Shown here piece by piece: positions 47,569-58,727 of a stretch of DNA of 64,000 nucleotides. Source of the stretch: Candidatus Aminicenantes bacterium (lineage in GTDB: Bacteria > Acidobacteriota > Aminicenantia > JAMOAD01); NCBI GenBank assembly GCA_027067555.1, contig JAMOVU010000191.1:6750-70749 (forward strand). Direction: 5' to 3'. The number at the start of each line of letters is the position of its first letter. Within the stretch, counting starts at the first letter, position 1. The position numbers and the translations under genes are program-made. The notes beneath the pieces were generated by a model, which saw only the letters and a program-made list of their open reading frames with translations, was not told the origin of the DNA and did not search any database.

Positions 47569-50500
47569 CTAATTGGTAGAGAGATCTTTTAATATTAGCG
47601 GAAGTGTTCTTTTCAGCTTTTCTATTGAAGTAAAGGAAAAAGATATCCTTAAATCTTCAAGAGATTCCCCTTTGTATTTTCTTAAAGTTTCTATAATCCT
47701 TTTTTCTGAAATTTTTGAAAGAGGGGAAAACTCTATCGTCAGTTTTTCATATTTGTAATCCATTTTGATTATTCTTAATCTCAGAGAATAAATTCTTAAC
47801 ATAACAACAAAAATAAGATTTTTTATTTCTAATGGAAGATTTCCGAATCTATCAAATAGCTCCTCTTCCAATTCCTTTAATTCGGAAAGGTTTTTAATTG
47901 AAGAAAATCGTTTGTAGAGGGCTAATCTCTGGGATGATTGAGGGATGTATGCTTCCGGTATTATATAAGTTAGAGGTAAATTTATTTCCGGAGAAACTTC
48001 ATATTCTTCCTCTCCTTTCATCTCTTTTATAGTTTTATTTAGAAGCCAGAGATAGTATTCAAATCCCACTGCTCTAAGATGCCCATGCTGCTCTTTTCCC
48101 AAAAGATTTCCCGCTCCTCTTATCTCAAGGTCCATTGCAGCTAATCTGAAACCAGAGCCTAATTCCTGAAATTCTCTTATGGCTTTGAGTCTTTTTTTAG
48201 CTTTTTCATTTAAAAGATGTTTTGAATTTATAAGAAAATAAGCATAGGCTTTTCTATTTCCCCTTCCGATTCTTCCTCTTAATTGATAGAGCTGGGAGAG
48301 CCCGAAATTCTGAGCATCAATCACAATTAGAGTGTTAACATTTTCTATATCAATTCCATTTTCAATGATGGTTGTGGAGATTAAAATTTTTGTCTTCTTA
48401 TTAATAAAATTGAGCATCCTTTCTTCTATGGTTCTATTTGGTAGCTTTGAATGGATTATTGTGTTTTCAATTGAAGGTATTAATCTTTTTATCAGATTTC
48501 CGAAACTTTCTATTCTTTCTATGTTGTTGTAAATTATGTAAACCTGACCATCTCTTGCAATTTCAAATTTTATAGCTTCCTTTATTATTTCCTCATTGTA
48601 TTCCTCTACAATTGTAGCAATTTCCATTCTTCCAGGGGGAGGAGTTTCTATAATACTAAGATCTTTAACCCCTGAGAGAGCCATATTCAGGGTTCTCGGG
48701 ATGGGAGTGGCGCTTAAACTTAAAACATGGATGTTTTCCTTCATTTTTAGAATTTTATCTTTGTGTTTTACTCCGAATCTCTGCTCTTCATCTATTATCA
48801 AAAGAGCTAAATTTTTAAATTTAATTTTGTCTGATAAGAGAGCATGGGTTCCTACTATTATATCTATTTCTCCTTTTTCTATTTTTTCATAGATTTTTTT
48901 CTTTTTTGCAGGGGTAGTCATTCTTGATAATTCCTCTATTTTATAAGGAAAGCCTGAAAATCTTTTTTTAAAATTTCTAAAATGCTGCTCAGCTAAAATA
49001 GTTGTGGGGCATAAAAGTGCTACCTGTTTTTTGTTCGAAACTGCTCTGAAAGCTGCTCGCATTGCTATTTCGGTTTTTCCGAATCCTACATCTCCACAGA
49101 GAAGTCTATCCATGGGTTGTTCCTGTTTTAAATCATAGGATATCTCTTCCCAGCTTCTCTTCTGATCTTCTGTTTCCTCAAATTCAAAATTTGAGATAAA
49201 AAGAGCTTCCTTTTCCTCGTCCGGATAAAGAGGGGAGGCTTTTAGTGATTTCCTCTTTGCGTATAATTTTAGAAGATCTCTTGCTATTTTAAATATTCCA
49301 GATTTAACTTTTTCGCGTGTTCTTGTCCAATTCTTACTCCCAAGCTTATCCAGAACCGGTATATAACCTTCGGGACCTGAGTATCTATAAACAAGATTAA
49401 AATCTTCAATAGCAACATAGACTTTATCTCCTCCGGAATATTCAAGTACAAGAAATTCCGAATAATTATCTTTTATCTTAAGTTTTTTTATTCCTTTAAA
49501 AAGGGCTATTCCGTATTTTGTATGGACAACAAAATCGCCCTCTTTGAAACCGAGTTGAAAATGAAAAGAAGCAGCTTTCTTTTCTATTTTTCTCTCTTTG
49601 GCTTTTTTAAAAAAATGGACGAAATTTATATTTACTCCTTCTGAAAGGACAAAGGAAAATCCATCCTCTATTTCATCTTTTACAAAGTAAATTTTTGTAA
49701 AGTTTTTTTCATCAATCTCTTTAATAATTTTTTCCTTTATTTTTTCATCTTTTGTAAAAATCAGAAAGATTTCATTTTTACTTTTTTCAACCGTTTCAGA
49801 AAAAGAATTTTCATTAAAATTTAGTTTTCTATAGGGAAAATAGAAAGCATTTTTTTCGGGGATGTGTGAAAATTCCAAAGAATTAAATGTCTTGGCAAAA
49901 GGTATGTTTTTCTTAAAAAATAGGTTTAATGGAGGTGAAAGAAAGAAGGAGATATTTTTTTCCCGATGTTTTTGCCAGTCTTCTTTTAATTGTTTTATAT
50001 AATCTTCATAATTTTCAATATCCTTTATAAATATTTTTTCTTGTTCTATTAATAAGGAATCTTCATTATTAAGAAAGACTCTGAATATTTCTTCTCCCTG
50101 GAAGTAAAGCCCCTCACTCCAGTATTTGAATAATCTTTTTAATATATTACTTGTTAGAGAGTTATCCCATTTCTTTTTAAGAATAGGTTTTAAGTCCTCT
50201 TTTTCTTTTTTTGTTAAAAATTCTGCTATCGTAAGTATTTGAGCTTTTTCTATTTTTTTAATTGTTCTTTGTGTTGAAGGGTCAAAGTGCCTTATGGAAA
50301 AAATTTCATCACCATCAAAATCTATTCTTATAGGAAAAGATTCTCCGAGAGGGAAAATATCTATAATGTGACCTCTTACAGAGAAATCTCCTTGATAAAT
50401 TGTAAGATCTCTTTCAGAATAAGAAAATTGTCGTAATTTTTTTATCAAAAATTCTTGAGAAATCTCCTCTCCTGTTTCTATTTTCAAACTATATTCTTTT

Positions 50501-50913
50501 ATTGCTGAGAGTGGAGGAAGAGGGAATAAAAGGGAGTTCGGATCTGTAATAATAACTTTTTTTCTGTCCTTTTTTAAAATAGAAATAAAAGCTCTTATTC
50601 TTTCGTAAGAAATGAATAGTGGAGTATCTTTTATTAGATAAGGGGAGTTATAGGAAGAAGGGAGCAGTAAAACATCGGTTTCTTTATTGTAAAGATTTAA
50701 GAAAGATGAGATTTGTTTTTTCAAAATGAATATATCCTTATCTGAAATTATCAAAAAATCATTGCTGGATTTTGAAATAAAAGATGAAATTAAGTGTGAG
50801 AAACCACTATCGAAGGGCCTTATTATTTTTGCTTGTTTTTTTTCATTGAAACTCTTAATTAATTCTTTAAATTTGTTATATCCAAATAAAAACTTTACTA
50901 CATTGGATTCCAT
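47569..50913 (-). CDS. mfd: Transcription-repair coupling factor Mfd
   Basis: UvrB-homology N-terminus, Walker A LLCGDVGFGKTEIAMRAAFRAV, DEEQRFGV, and the C-terminal TRCF domain. Confidence 0.92.
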   Translation of the reverse strand: MESNVVKFLFGYNKFKELIKSFNEKKQAKIIRPFDSGFSHLISSFISKSSNDFLIISDKDIFILKKQISSFLNLYNKETDVLLLPSSYNSPYLIKDTPLFISYERIRAFISILKKDRKKVIITDPNSLLFPLPPLSAIKEYSLKIETGEEISQEFLIKKLRQFSYSERDLTIYQGDFSVRGHIIDIFPLGESFPIRIDFDGDEIFSIRHFDPSTQRTIKKIEKAQILTIAEFLTKKEKEDLKPILKKKWDNSLTSNILKRLFKYWSEGLYFQGEEIFRVFLNNEDSLLIEQEKIFIKDIENYEDYIKQLKEDWQKHREKNISFFLSPPLNLFFKKNIPFAKTFNSLEFSHIPEKNAFYFPYRKLNFNENSFSETVEKSKNEIFLIFTKDEKIKEKIIKEIDEKNFTKIYFVKDEIEDGFSFVLSEGVNINFVHFFKKAKERKIEKKAASFHFQLGFKEGDFVVHTKYGIALFKGIKKLKIKDNYSEFLVLEYSGGDKVYVAIEDFNLVYRYSGPEGYIPVLDKLGSKNWTRTREKVKSGIFKIARDLLKLYAKRKSLKASPLYPDEEKEALFISNFEFEETEDQKRSWEEISYDLKQEQPMDRLLCGDVGFGKTEIAMRAAFRAVSNKKQVALLCPTTILAEQHFRNFKKRFSGFPYKIEELSRMTTPAKKKKIYEKIEKGEIDIIVGTHALLSDKIKFKNLALLIIDEEQRFGVKHKDKILKMKENIHVLSLSATPIPRTLNMALSGVKDLSIIETPPPGRMEIATIVEEYNEEIIKEAIKFEIARDGQVYIIYNNIERIESFGNLIKRLIPSIENTIIHSKLPNRTIEERMLNFINKKTKILISTTIIENGIDIENVNTLIVIDAQNFGLSQLYQLRGRIGRGNRKAYAYFLINSKHLLNEKAKKRLKAIREFQELGSGFRLAAMDLEIRGAGNLLGKEQHGHLRAVGFEYYLWLLNKTIKEMKGEEEYEVSPEINLPLTYIIPEAYIPQSSQRLALYKRFSSIKNLSELKELEEELFDRFGNLPLEIKNLIFVVMLRIYSLRLRIIKMDYKYEKLTIEFSPLSKISEKRIIETLRKYKGESLEDLRISFSFTSIEKLKRTLPLILKDLSTN

Positions 50914-51563
50914 TATCTAAAAAAAATAACAGTATAGTGGGACAAAAGTTCTTTTTTCCAGTATTTTTCAAGTTTTGTTGCTCTTTCGAGTTTTATCTTT
51001 TTTTCAATGATTGCGGCTGCTTCCGTAAGAGGTTTAATGGGTAAGTTTAATTTTTTTTGATTGGGTAGATATACTTTTTTGTAATAATTTTCTATTTCAT
51101 CAAATCTTACTATTACCTTTGACATTAAAACTTTCTCTTTCATTTTATTAAAAAAAAGATAATCTTTTATAAATTTACTAAGATCCTCTAAATTCATATT
51201 GTATACTTTTAATTGTTTTTTCAGGTTTTCAATACCTCCATAATCCTCTATTAATTTTTCTTTAAATGAATTTATATTAAGATCCTCTGAGGTCTCATAA
51301 TCTCTTTTAAATTCATAGATAACAGCCTTTATGAGGATTATTTTATTTAAAATGTCTTCATCAGTCAAACTTTTATCTCTGAAAAAGAAATCCCGTGCAA
51401 GGGAAAGATCAAAAACTGTTATATATTCATTCTCAAATTTCACAAGTGGTAGATCAATAGTTATGGAATTTAAAGTTGAAACTAACGCAAGACTAAAAAA
51501 TATTACCCACCGCAAAATATACATGGAATTTCCTCCTAACTTTTTTTTCAAGATTCCAGCCAA
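50913..51563 (-). CDS. Hypothetical secreted protein, 216 aa (SurA-N-like chaperone?)
   Basis: Signal/TM segment ILRWVIFFSLALVSTLNS. It lies between bamA and mfd. Confidence 0.4.
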   Translation of the reverse strand: MAGILKKKLGGNSMYILRWVIFFSLALVSTLNSITIDLPLVKFENEYITVFDLSLARDFFFRDKSLTDEDILNKIILIKAVIYEFKRDYETSEDLNINSFKEKLIEDYGGIENLKKQLKVYNMNLEDLSKFIKDYLFFNKMKEKVLMSKVIVRFDEIENYYKKVYLPNQKKLNLPIKPLTEAAAIIEKKIKLERATKLEKYWKKELLSHYTVIFFR

Positions 51564-53958
51564 AATCTATTCTTAATGGGCCCAGTGGAGTTCTGTATCT
51601 TAAGCCTATCCCAACAGCATCATCAAAACTTTTTTTCCAGATATCCGAGGTTTCCCTCACTATATTTCCCTTATCATAGAAAAAGGCTACTCTTAGGTCT
51701 TCAATGGGAAGAGGTGATGGAAGTATTATTTCAAAATTATTTAAAAGTTCAGCTTTTCCTCCCAATGGAGCTCCTGTTTCTGGATCAAGGGGGCCGAGTT
51801 CATCTATAGCATTTCCTCTAAAAGAGGAGCTTCCTCCTGCAAAATATCTTTCTACAATGGGTATATTCCCCCATCCTGCTCCCCACCTTATATTATCAAA
51901 AATTACGATATCATTTTTTAATAACCAGAACTTTTGATATTTTCCGGAAATTTTGAGGTATTTTGAAGTTGTTCCTAAAAATGGAAAGGCATAGGTAAGA
52001 TTCATAGAATAAAAATTACCATGAGTGGGATTAAAGGGGTCATCTCTTTTATCTCTTGTATATGAAAAAGCTATGTTAGTTGTTGAAAAAGGTGCATTTT
52101 CCCTGTCAACCTCAGAAGGGGAAATATTTAATGATAGCAATTTTGTATTGACAATTGAGAAGTTCATAGAAAAAAATGATTTTGTTTCTATTTTTTTTAT
52201 AAGATTTACCGTTAAGCCTCTCCTTCTATAAGAATAACTTCTTAAAGACTCCTCTTCAAACCAGGAACTAAAAAATGATTTTAACATAAAAGAAGTTTTC
52301 CACGGGGTATCAAAACTCAGAATAATTCTCTTTTCATTTTTACCATATTTCATTACAAAAGAGTAAGAATTTGCTTTTCCAAAAAGATTGTATTTTTGGT
52401 ATTCAAGCATAAGTTTTAAGCCAACTCTTTCACCCCACCCAAGGCCATAACTCAGATAATCACTTTTTTCCGGGGCTGTTTTTATGATTATTACCTTTTT
52501 ATTTTTTGAAATATTCAGAGTTTTTATTTCTATCCTTTTAAATACGCCAAGACTTTCGAGAGTGTTAAGAGAAAGTTGAAGCTTTTTTTTATCAAGATAG
52601 TCTCCTTTTTTCAGCTTAATACTATTCCAGAAAAGGGAATTATTTATATTTTTCTCTCCGATCCATAATATATCATGTACGGTAAATCTCTCTCCCTCTT
52701 TTACAATAAAAGTTAATGATATGAAATTCCCTTTTTTTTCTATTTTAGTGTCTATTTTTATATTATCAAACCCTCTCTTATAGTATTCAGTGAGAAGGGA
52801 AGTTTTCCATCTTTGAATTTCACTGTTGTTAAATGGTAATGATTCTTTTATCCCAATTTTTTCTTTCAAGTATAATATATTAAAAAAGTGGATCCCCTTG
52901 AATTTTATATTTTTAATGATAGTTTGGGGGCCTTCATTTATTATGATTTTAAGGTTTAATCTACTGTTAATAGGTGTAGCATTGTAAAATACTTTTGTTC
53001 TTTTAAATCCATTATTCCAGTAGAAAATTTGAAGTTCGTAGATGATGTCTTTTAAGACAGAGGCATCAAAGTAACCGTAATAGAAAAATTCTTTAATATA
53101 TTTTGAGATTATTTTTTTTAATTCTTTGTTTGAAAAATGTATATTCCCTTTAAAACTAATCTTTCCCAATCTAAATCTTTTCCCTTTTTTAACTATGTAT
53201 GAGATTCTTAAATAATCTTTTTTTTCTCTTTTTCTTATCTCCACATTTGGAAAAAAATATCCCTTTTTTCTCAGCTCAAACAAAATTTTATTTTTCCCTT
53301 CTTCTATTGCCCATGGTGGGAAAACGACATTCTCCCATAAGGGATAAAAAATAGATTTTTTTATCCTAATTCCAATAACATTTAATATTATTTTTTTTCC
53401 TTTTTTTGATTCAAATATAATGTTTACTTTATTTTTACTTGGCCTTTTTACTTTTGAATTTACAGAACACATGAAGTATCCTCTTTTTTTCAGATAGTTG
53501 GATATTATCCTTTCTGACTCTTTTAAGTCTGAGATTCTAAAAATCTTCGATCTTTTGATTTTAATCTTTTTTGAAATACCCAAAATATCACTTTTTGTTA
53601 ATCCTTTAAATGTAATATCCTCTGTAATAATTCTTCCTTCTATTTTATAAAATATTTTTAAAACATTTTTATTTTTTACTTTTACAAGAATAAACTTATC
53701 TTTATTTACAAGATAACCGTTTTCCTCTATTATTTTTGTTGTGTTTTTTATTATTTCTTCAATTTTTCTCTTTGAAAAAGGCTTTTCTTCCAATTCTTCT
53801 CTCAGTTTTTTATATAAAGATTGTTTTAAATTTTTGTCTATTTTAAAATGAGAAAAAGAAAGATGGATTTGATCTATTGTAATTAGGTTTTTAAAATTAA
53901 TTTGAATTTTGCATCCATTTCTTTCTTTTATAGCAGAAATTTTAATATCACTAAACAA
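51493..53958 (-). CDS. bamA: Outer-membrane protein assembly factor BamA (POTRA repeats plus an Omp85 beta-barrel). The mature part is separated from its signal-peptide ORF (53951..54199) by an apparent 1-nt frameshift.
   Basis: POTRA-like repeats, a C-terminal barrel ending ...YFAVGNIF with the terminal aromatic residue. The upstream 82-aa ORF supplies MKAFLRKFLSTILLFFSFSFLYS. Confidence 0.8.
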   Translation of the reverse strand: MFSDIKISAIKERNGCKIQINFKNLITIDQIHLSFSHFKIDKNLKQSLYKKLREELEEKPFSKRKIEEIIKNTTKIIEENGYLVNKDKFILVKVKNKNVLKIFYKIEGRIITEDITFKGLTKSDILGISKKIKIKRSKIFRISDLKESERIISNYLKKRGYFMCSVNSKVKRPSKNKVNIIFESKKGKKIILNVIGIRIKKSIFYPLWENVVFPPWAIEEGKNKILFELRKKGYFFPNVEIRKREKKDYLRISYIVKKGKRFRLGKISFKGNIHFSNKELKKIISKYIKEFFYYGYFDASVLKDIIYELQIFYWNNGFKRTKVFYNATPINSRLNLKIIINEGPQTIIKNIKFKGIHFFNILYLKEKIGIKESLPFNNSEIQRWKTSLLTEYYKRGFDNIKIDTKIEKKGNFISLTFIVKEGERFTVHDILWIGEKNINNSLFWNSIKLKKGDYLDKKKLQLSLNTLESLGVFKRIEIKTLNISKNKKVIIIKTAPEKSDYLSYGLGWGERVGLKLMLEYQKYNLFGKANSYSFVMKYGKNEKRIILSFDTPWKTSFMLKSFFSSWFEEESLRSYSYRRRGLTVNLIKKIETKSFFSMNFSIVNTKLLSLNISPSEVDRENAPFSTTNIAFSYTRDKRDDPFNPTHGNFYSMNLTYAFPFLGTTSKYLKISGKYQKFWLLKNDIVIFDNIRWGAGWGNIPIVERYFAGGSSSFRGNAIDELGPLDPETGAPLGGKAELLNNFEIILPSPLPIEDLRVAFFYDKGNIVRETSDIWKKSFDDAVGIGLRYRTPLGPLRIDFGWNLEKKVRRKFHVYFAVGNIF

Positions 53959-54195
53959 ACCCAGAGATAGAAGATTTTTTAAATCCCGATCTATTTTTTT
54001 TATAGAAAAGATTTCTCCTTCTTTTGTTGAAAGAATTTTTTTTATATCTGCTTTTCCGATTTCCCCCTTTTTTGAGATTAATTTCTAATGTGGTTATTTT
54101 TTTATTCAGACAGAGTTCCCAAGGTACCGAAGAGTAAAGAAAGGAAAAAGAAAAAAATAATAAAATTGTGCTCAAAAATTTTCTTAAAAATGCCT

Positions 54196-57100
54196 TCATT
54201 TTCTCCTTCTAACTATTCTGAATTCTAAACTGTAATAACCATTTTCATCTCTATAAGCAATAAGAGATATATTCCTTGATAATGAATATTCGCCATATAC
54301 CATGTAATTATTTTGATTAGTTAAGTCAAAAGTGTAAATTACAAATAGATTTTTTGCTATTTTATTTCCCACAGCAATTCGGGGTGAGGGTTCAGAAGAT
54401 GAAGCATTCATAAAAGGATATACCCGAATAATATCCGGTCTGAACTTTTTTGGGGTAAGAGAGTTAATTATTCCGGTGAATGATGAGGCTATTAGAGTGG
54501 AGGAACTTTGCATATTTGCTATTTCACTTGAATAGCTTCTTCTGTAAGATTCTCCCATTGCTATTAATGTAAGGACCTCCTGGGGTGGAAGTGGTGGAGA
54601 TGATGTCAGTTCAGGGATTGGATGGTCGTAATATCCTTTTATTGAAAAGTTAACTCTATAATCCTTTATGTAGCTTTCACTGATTATGTTTAATCTGGGA
54701 TTTATATAGTATGGATTATCAAATATAAGGTCCCCTTTTATAATGTTAAATTTTTGGTCCGAGAAATACATAAAACCTTTCTTTACTTTTATGTTTCCTA
54801 TTATCACGGGATTTAAGTAATTTCCTCTGATATGAAAATCGTATTTAATCTCGCCTTCAAATAAACTATTTCTTACCCAGGAATTTCCATTTGATACAAA
54901 ATTCACATCAAAATTAAATATTTTCATAAAGTCATTCTGCTCTCCAATTGGTTCCGGGGAGGATGAAAAACTTATGCCTTCTTCAAATTCTCTCTGCCAC
55001 TCCATTTCATTTACAAATATAAGACCGCTGACTTTTATACTATCTCCCTCTTTTTTTAGATTTATATTTGTATCCGCTATTCCTTTAACTCTTTCCATTG
55101 GCATTAATTTTAAGGAATTACCCTGGAAATTAATGTTTAGATCTTTTATTTCCGCTCCTTTAAGTCTTATTATCCCCCCTCCGGATATCTCACCTCCACC
55201 GAGGATTCCCTTAAATTTAGAAATTGTTATATTGTTAGATCTAATAATTGCTAAAATATCAAAATTATTTATACTTTGGGAATAATCCGGAATTACCAGT
55301 GTATCTCCTTTTGCAGTAATAAAACCATTAAAAACAGGGGTTTCATAATTTCCTGAAATATTTAAGGAAAGTTTCAATTCTCCCACATTATATTTCCAAG
55401 GGAGAATATAGTTTATGTCTTTTGTATTTAAGAGGAGGTCCAATAGCAGATTTTCATTTTTCCAGTTAATCTCACCTTTTATTTTGGTTAAAAGTTTATT
55501 GTCTTCTGAATGTATTTTTAAATTTAATCGGATGGAGTTTTCAAAAGGTATGCTTATGCCTTTAAATATTAATGGTATTTCTGTGGGCGACAACCCCTTA
55601 AATCTGTCTATTTTTCCTGATATCAGAAGAGGATCTTTGGAAAATTTACCTTTTCCTTTTATTTTGATATCTGTTTCTCCTGAGAATTTTTTAATATAAG
55701 AACTTACTTTTATCCCTTTTCCTGAGATATCAATGTTAAAAGAATCATATTTTTTATTAATATAACTGAGAGTAAAAGAACCCTTTACTTCTCCTCCGTT
55801 ATAAGTGGCATCAATGTTTTTTAAGGAAAATTCACCTGAGTTATTATTCTGTTTACTTTCAATTTTAGCCAAAAAGTTTTTAAACCTCATTTCTCCGTAA
55901 GTAAATAAATCTCCTTTTACACTTCCATTTACCTCAAATTTTTCTTTATCAAAAAGTTTAATTTTAAATTTTCCTTCCCCACGCCCTCCAATAGGAAGCT
56001 CAAGTTCCAGAATTTTATTAATTCCTTTTATATCCGCTTCTTTTACAGAAAGATTAATTTCGGATAAATCTTTGTTGGCTTTTATATCTCCATAACCTGA
56101 GTATTTAGTCCCTGAGAAATTAAAAATGCCCTTTGTAATTTTATTTTTTGTCTTTAATTTTGCTTTAAGTTTTCCTATGTAAACTCCTTGAGAAAGAAAA
56201 TCTTTGAAATTAAGGGAAAGATCCAATTCTGGATTCAAAAAATTTCCTTTTCCTTTTAAGGTGATAATTCCATCTGCTTCGGGTTTCCAGGGGGAGAAAT
56301 CTATTTCAGTAAAGAAGAAAATTGGATTTAAGTACCTTTTTAGGCTTTTAAAATTTCCTGAAAAATTAATATCTTCATATCTTTCCTTTTTAAAATCTAT
56401 AACAGAATTGTAGGAAAACGAATCCTCTTCACTGAAAATTTTTTCAGCTTTTACGGATAAAAGTTCTTTATCTAAATTGTAATAAAAATTAATGTCTCCT
56501 TTTAGTTTGAGAGGATTTCTCCCGGAAAAATTGTCATTGCAGATAGCTTTTCCAGTTAAGTTATTTGTTTTAAAATTCATTCTTATATTTGCATCACATA
56601 AAGATTCAAAAGGTAATGAATACTCATATAAGTTTAAGAAATCATTAAAATACATCTTATTGATTTTTAAGTTCATTATATCTTTATTGATAATTCCATT
56701 CACGGAGGTATCTTTCATTTTTATTTTAAATTTTATGTTTTGTGAGATTTCTATCTTGGCTGAAATCTCTTTTATCTTTAGATTTCCTATATTACCGTTT
56801 TTCCCGAAAGCCGTTATAATTGTTTTGGCTTTCCCTTTTGAATCACTGAAGATTTTTATTTCTCCGCTTCCCATTCCTTCAAATATAAAAGGAAGTAAAA
56901 AATCTTTTTCAATTTGAGTTAGCTCTCCCTGAGGAAGAAGAGTAAATGAGTATTTAGTTTTTTCTCCCAGGTAAATTCTTCCTCTTCCTGTAAAATAGAG
57001 ATTACCGGAATATAATTTTATCTTTCTAAAGTTTAATTTCCCGCTATCACTTATAGAAAAGCTTAATTCTCCAAACCCGGAAATTTTATAGAGGTCATTT

Positions 57101-57534
57101 ATAGTCAATTTTAACTCTTTTGAGGATAATTTCATTATCATAGTTTTCTCAATTTTTTTAAATTCTCCGTCCACTTTATTTGCTTCTATTTTAACCCCTT
57201 CCATTAAAAGTTTCAGACTTCCATCTGTGAACTTTCCACGGAAATCTGCTGATGGGAAATTTATTTTGCCTCCCCCTTTTATCTTTTTTGTTTTTACAAG
57301 ATTCAGTGTTATTTCCGGTTTGTTTAAATTTAAGTAAAGAGTGGGTTTAAATGGAAAAAATCTAAAATCCTCGAGTTTAATTTCTGAAGCGAGAGCTTTG
57401 AAGGAAAAGTTTTTTCCTTTTTTCTTTATATGAAATAAATTTATCTTAAGGGGGATATAACTATATTTGATATCTTTTACTTCCCCTAAATAATTGCTAA
57501 CTTTCTTTGAGAATATTTTTTGCCATCCTACCAA
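54196..57534 (-). CDS. Translocation and assembly module TamB-like protein (DUF490/AsmA-like), 1112 aa
   Basis: An N-terminal TM anchor, long repetitive beta-rich taco-like sequence, a conserved C-terminal DUF490-like segment, and a position upstream of bamA. Confidence 0.7.
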   Translation of the reverse strand: MVGWQKIFSKKVSNYLGEVKDIKYSYIPLKINLFHIKKKGKNFSFKALASEIKLEDFRFFPFKPTLYLNLNKPEITLNLVKTKKIKGGGKINFPSADFRGKFTDGSLKLLMEGVKIEANKVDGEFKKIEKTMIMKLSSKELKLTINDLYKISGFGELSFSISDSGKLNFRKIKLYSGNLYFTGRGRIYLGEKTKYSFTLLPQGELTQIEKDFLLPFIFEGMGSGEIKIFSDSKGKAKTIITAFGKNGNIGNLKIKEISAKIEISQNIKFKIKMKDTSVNGIINKDIMNLKINKMYFNDFLNLYEYSLPFESLCDANIRMNFKTNNLTGKAICNDNFSGRNPLKLKGDINFYYNLDKELLSVKAEKIFSEEDSFSYNSVIDFKKERYEDINFSGNFKSLKRYLNPIFFFTEIDFSPWKPEADGIITLKGKGNFLNPELDLSLNFKDFLSQGVYIGKLKAKLKTKNKITKGIFNFSGTKYSGYGDIKANKDLSEINLSVKEADIKGINKILELELPIGGRGEGKFKIKLFDKEKFEVNGSVKGDLFTYGEMRFKNFLAKIESKQNNNSGEFSLKNIDATYNGGEVKGSFTLSYINKKYDSFNIDISGKGIKVSSYIKKFSGETDIKIKGKGKFSKDPLLISGKIDRFKGLSPTEIPLIFKGISIPFENSIRLNLKIHSEDNKLLTKIKGEINWKNENLLLDLLLNTKDINYILPWKYNVGELKLSLNISGNYETPVFNGFITAKGDTLVIPDYSQSINNFDILAIIRSNNITISKFKGILGGGEISGGGIIRLKGAEIKDLNINFQGNSLKLMPMERVKGIADTNINLKKEGDSIKVSGLIFVNEMEWQREFEEGISFSSSPEPIGEQNDFMKIFNFDVNFVSNGNSWVRNSLFEGEIKYDFHIRGNYLNPVIIGNIKVKKGFMYFSDQKFNIIKGDLIFDNPYYINPRLNIISESYIKDYRVNFSIKGYYDHPIPELTSSPPLPPQEVLTLIAMGESYRRSYSSEIANMQSSSTLIASSFTGIINSLTPKKFRPDIIRVYPFMNASSSEPSPRIAVGNKIAKNLFVIYTFDLTNQNNYMVYGEYSLSRNISLIAYRDENGYYSLEFRIVRRRK

Positions 57535-57596
57535 AAAAAGAAAAATTATAAGAAATATGGCAAAAAAAAAGCGCTAATTTTTAAAATTCTTTTCAT

Positions 57597-58244
57597 TTAT
57601 TTTTTTACTGATTCCCAGTCTTTTAAAAATCTTTCTATTCCTATGTCTGTGAGAGGGTGTTTCATTAATTTTTCTAAAACAGTGTAAGGAATTGTGGCAA
57701 TATCTGCTCCCATTAAAGCAGCTTCTACAAAATGTAAGGGGTGTCTGACGGAAGCAACAATTATCTGAGTTTCTATAAGATAATTATCAAAAATGTTTAC
57801 AATTTGATTTACCATTTCCATTCCTGTTGTACTTATATCATCCAATCTTCCTACAAAGGGACTTACAAAGGTTGCTCCGGCTTTTGCAGCAAGTAGAGCC
57901 TGTGAAGGGGAGAAAATAAGTGTTACATTTGTCTTAATATTCATGCTATTAAGTTCTTTCACTGCTTTTAAACCTTCAAAAGTAGCCGGAATTTTAATAA
58001 CTATGTTCTCATCTATTTTGGCTAAATCCTCAGCTTCCTTAATCATTCCTTTGCTGTCAAGGGATACAACTTCAGCGGAAACAGGGCCTTTTACTATATT
58101 GCAAATTTCTTTTAATGCAGCTTTATAATCGCTAAAACCTTCCTTTGCAATAAGTGTAGGGTTTGTGGTTACTCCATCAACAACCCCGTATTCAACACCT
58201 TTTTTTATGTGTTCAATTTTTGCGGTATCAAGAAAAATTTTCAT
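57597..58244 (-). CDS. Transaldolase / fructose-6-phosphate aldolase family
   Basis: [36 protein letters not shown] and the Schiff-base Lys region. Confidence 0.88.
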   Translation of the reverse strand: MKIFLDTAKIEHIKKGVEYGVVDGVTTNPTLIAKEGFSDYKAALKEICNIVKGPVSAEVVSLDSKGMIKEAEDLAKIDENIVIKIPATFEGLKAVKELNSMNIKTNVTLIFSPSQALLAAKAGATFVSPFVGRLDDISTTGMEMVNQIVNIFDNYLIETQIIVASVRHPLHFVEAALMGADIATIPYTVLEKLMKHPLTDIGIERFLKDWESVKK

Positions 58245-58726
58245 CTTTCCTCCTTTCTAAAACTTATTACCAATCTTTTATCAAAAATAGCATCAAACTG
58301 CAAAAACTCAGAGAATATTTTATCAATCAGAGTGTAAAAGTCAAGTTTTTCCCTTTCGGGGTAAAAGGGATAATTTATTACTCTCTTCCCATCATTGTGA
58401 ATTGTGAGTAAATGGGGTTTATCAAAGAAGTTTTCCTCTTTTAAGATGATAGGATTAAAAATATAAAAATTCTCTTCTACTACAATGGAAAAAAGAAGCT
58501 CTTTCTTTTTATAAAAGAAACCTATTTTAATCAATGTTTTTGTTTTTCCCCTTAGATTTAGAGAAGCAGGGTGGAGTGTATAATTGGAAATTTTTTCTAA
58601 GAAGTAGTCAGGAATATAAGGGGTACAATTTTTTAGAGGGATAGCTTCTTTTTCCCCTTTTTGGACTCTTAAACCTTTTATCTCAAAACAATTTTTTAAT
58701 TCTTTGCAACAGATAAAGTATTTCAA
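58241..58726 (-). CDS. Hypothetical protein, 161 aa
   Basis: An ORF that overlaps the tal start. Confidence 0.4.
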   Translation of the reverse strand: MKYFICCKELKNCFEIKGLRVQKGEKEAIPLKNCTPYIPDYFLEKISNYTLHPASLNLRGKTKTLIKIGFFYKKKELLFSIVVEENFYIFNPIILKEENFFDKPHLLTIHNDGKRVINYPFYPEREKLDFYTLIDKIFSEFLQFDAIFDKRLVISFRKEER

Positions 58727-58727
58727 C

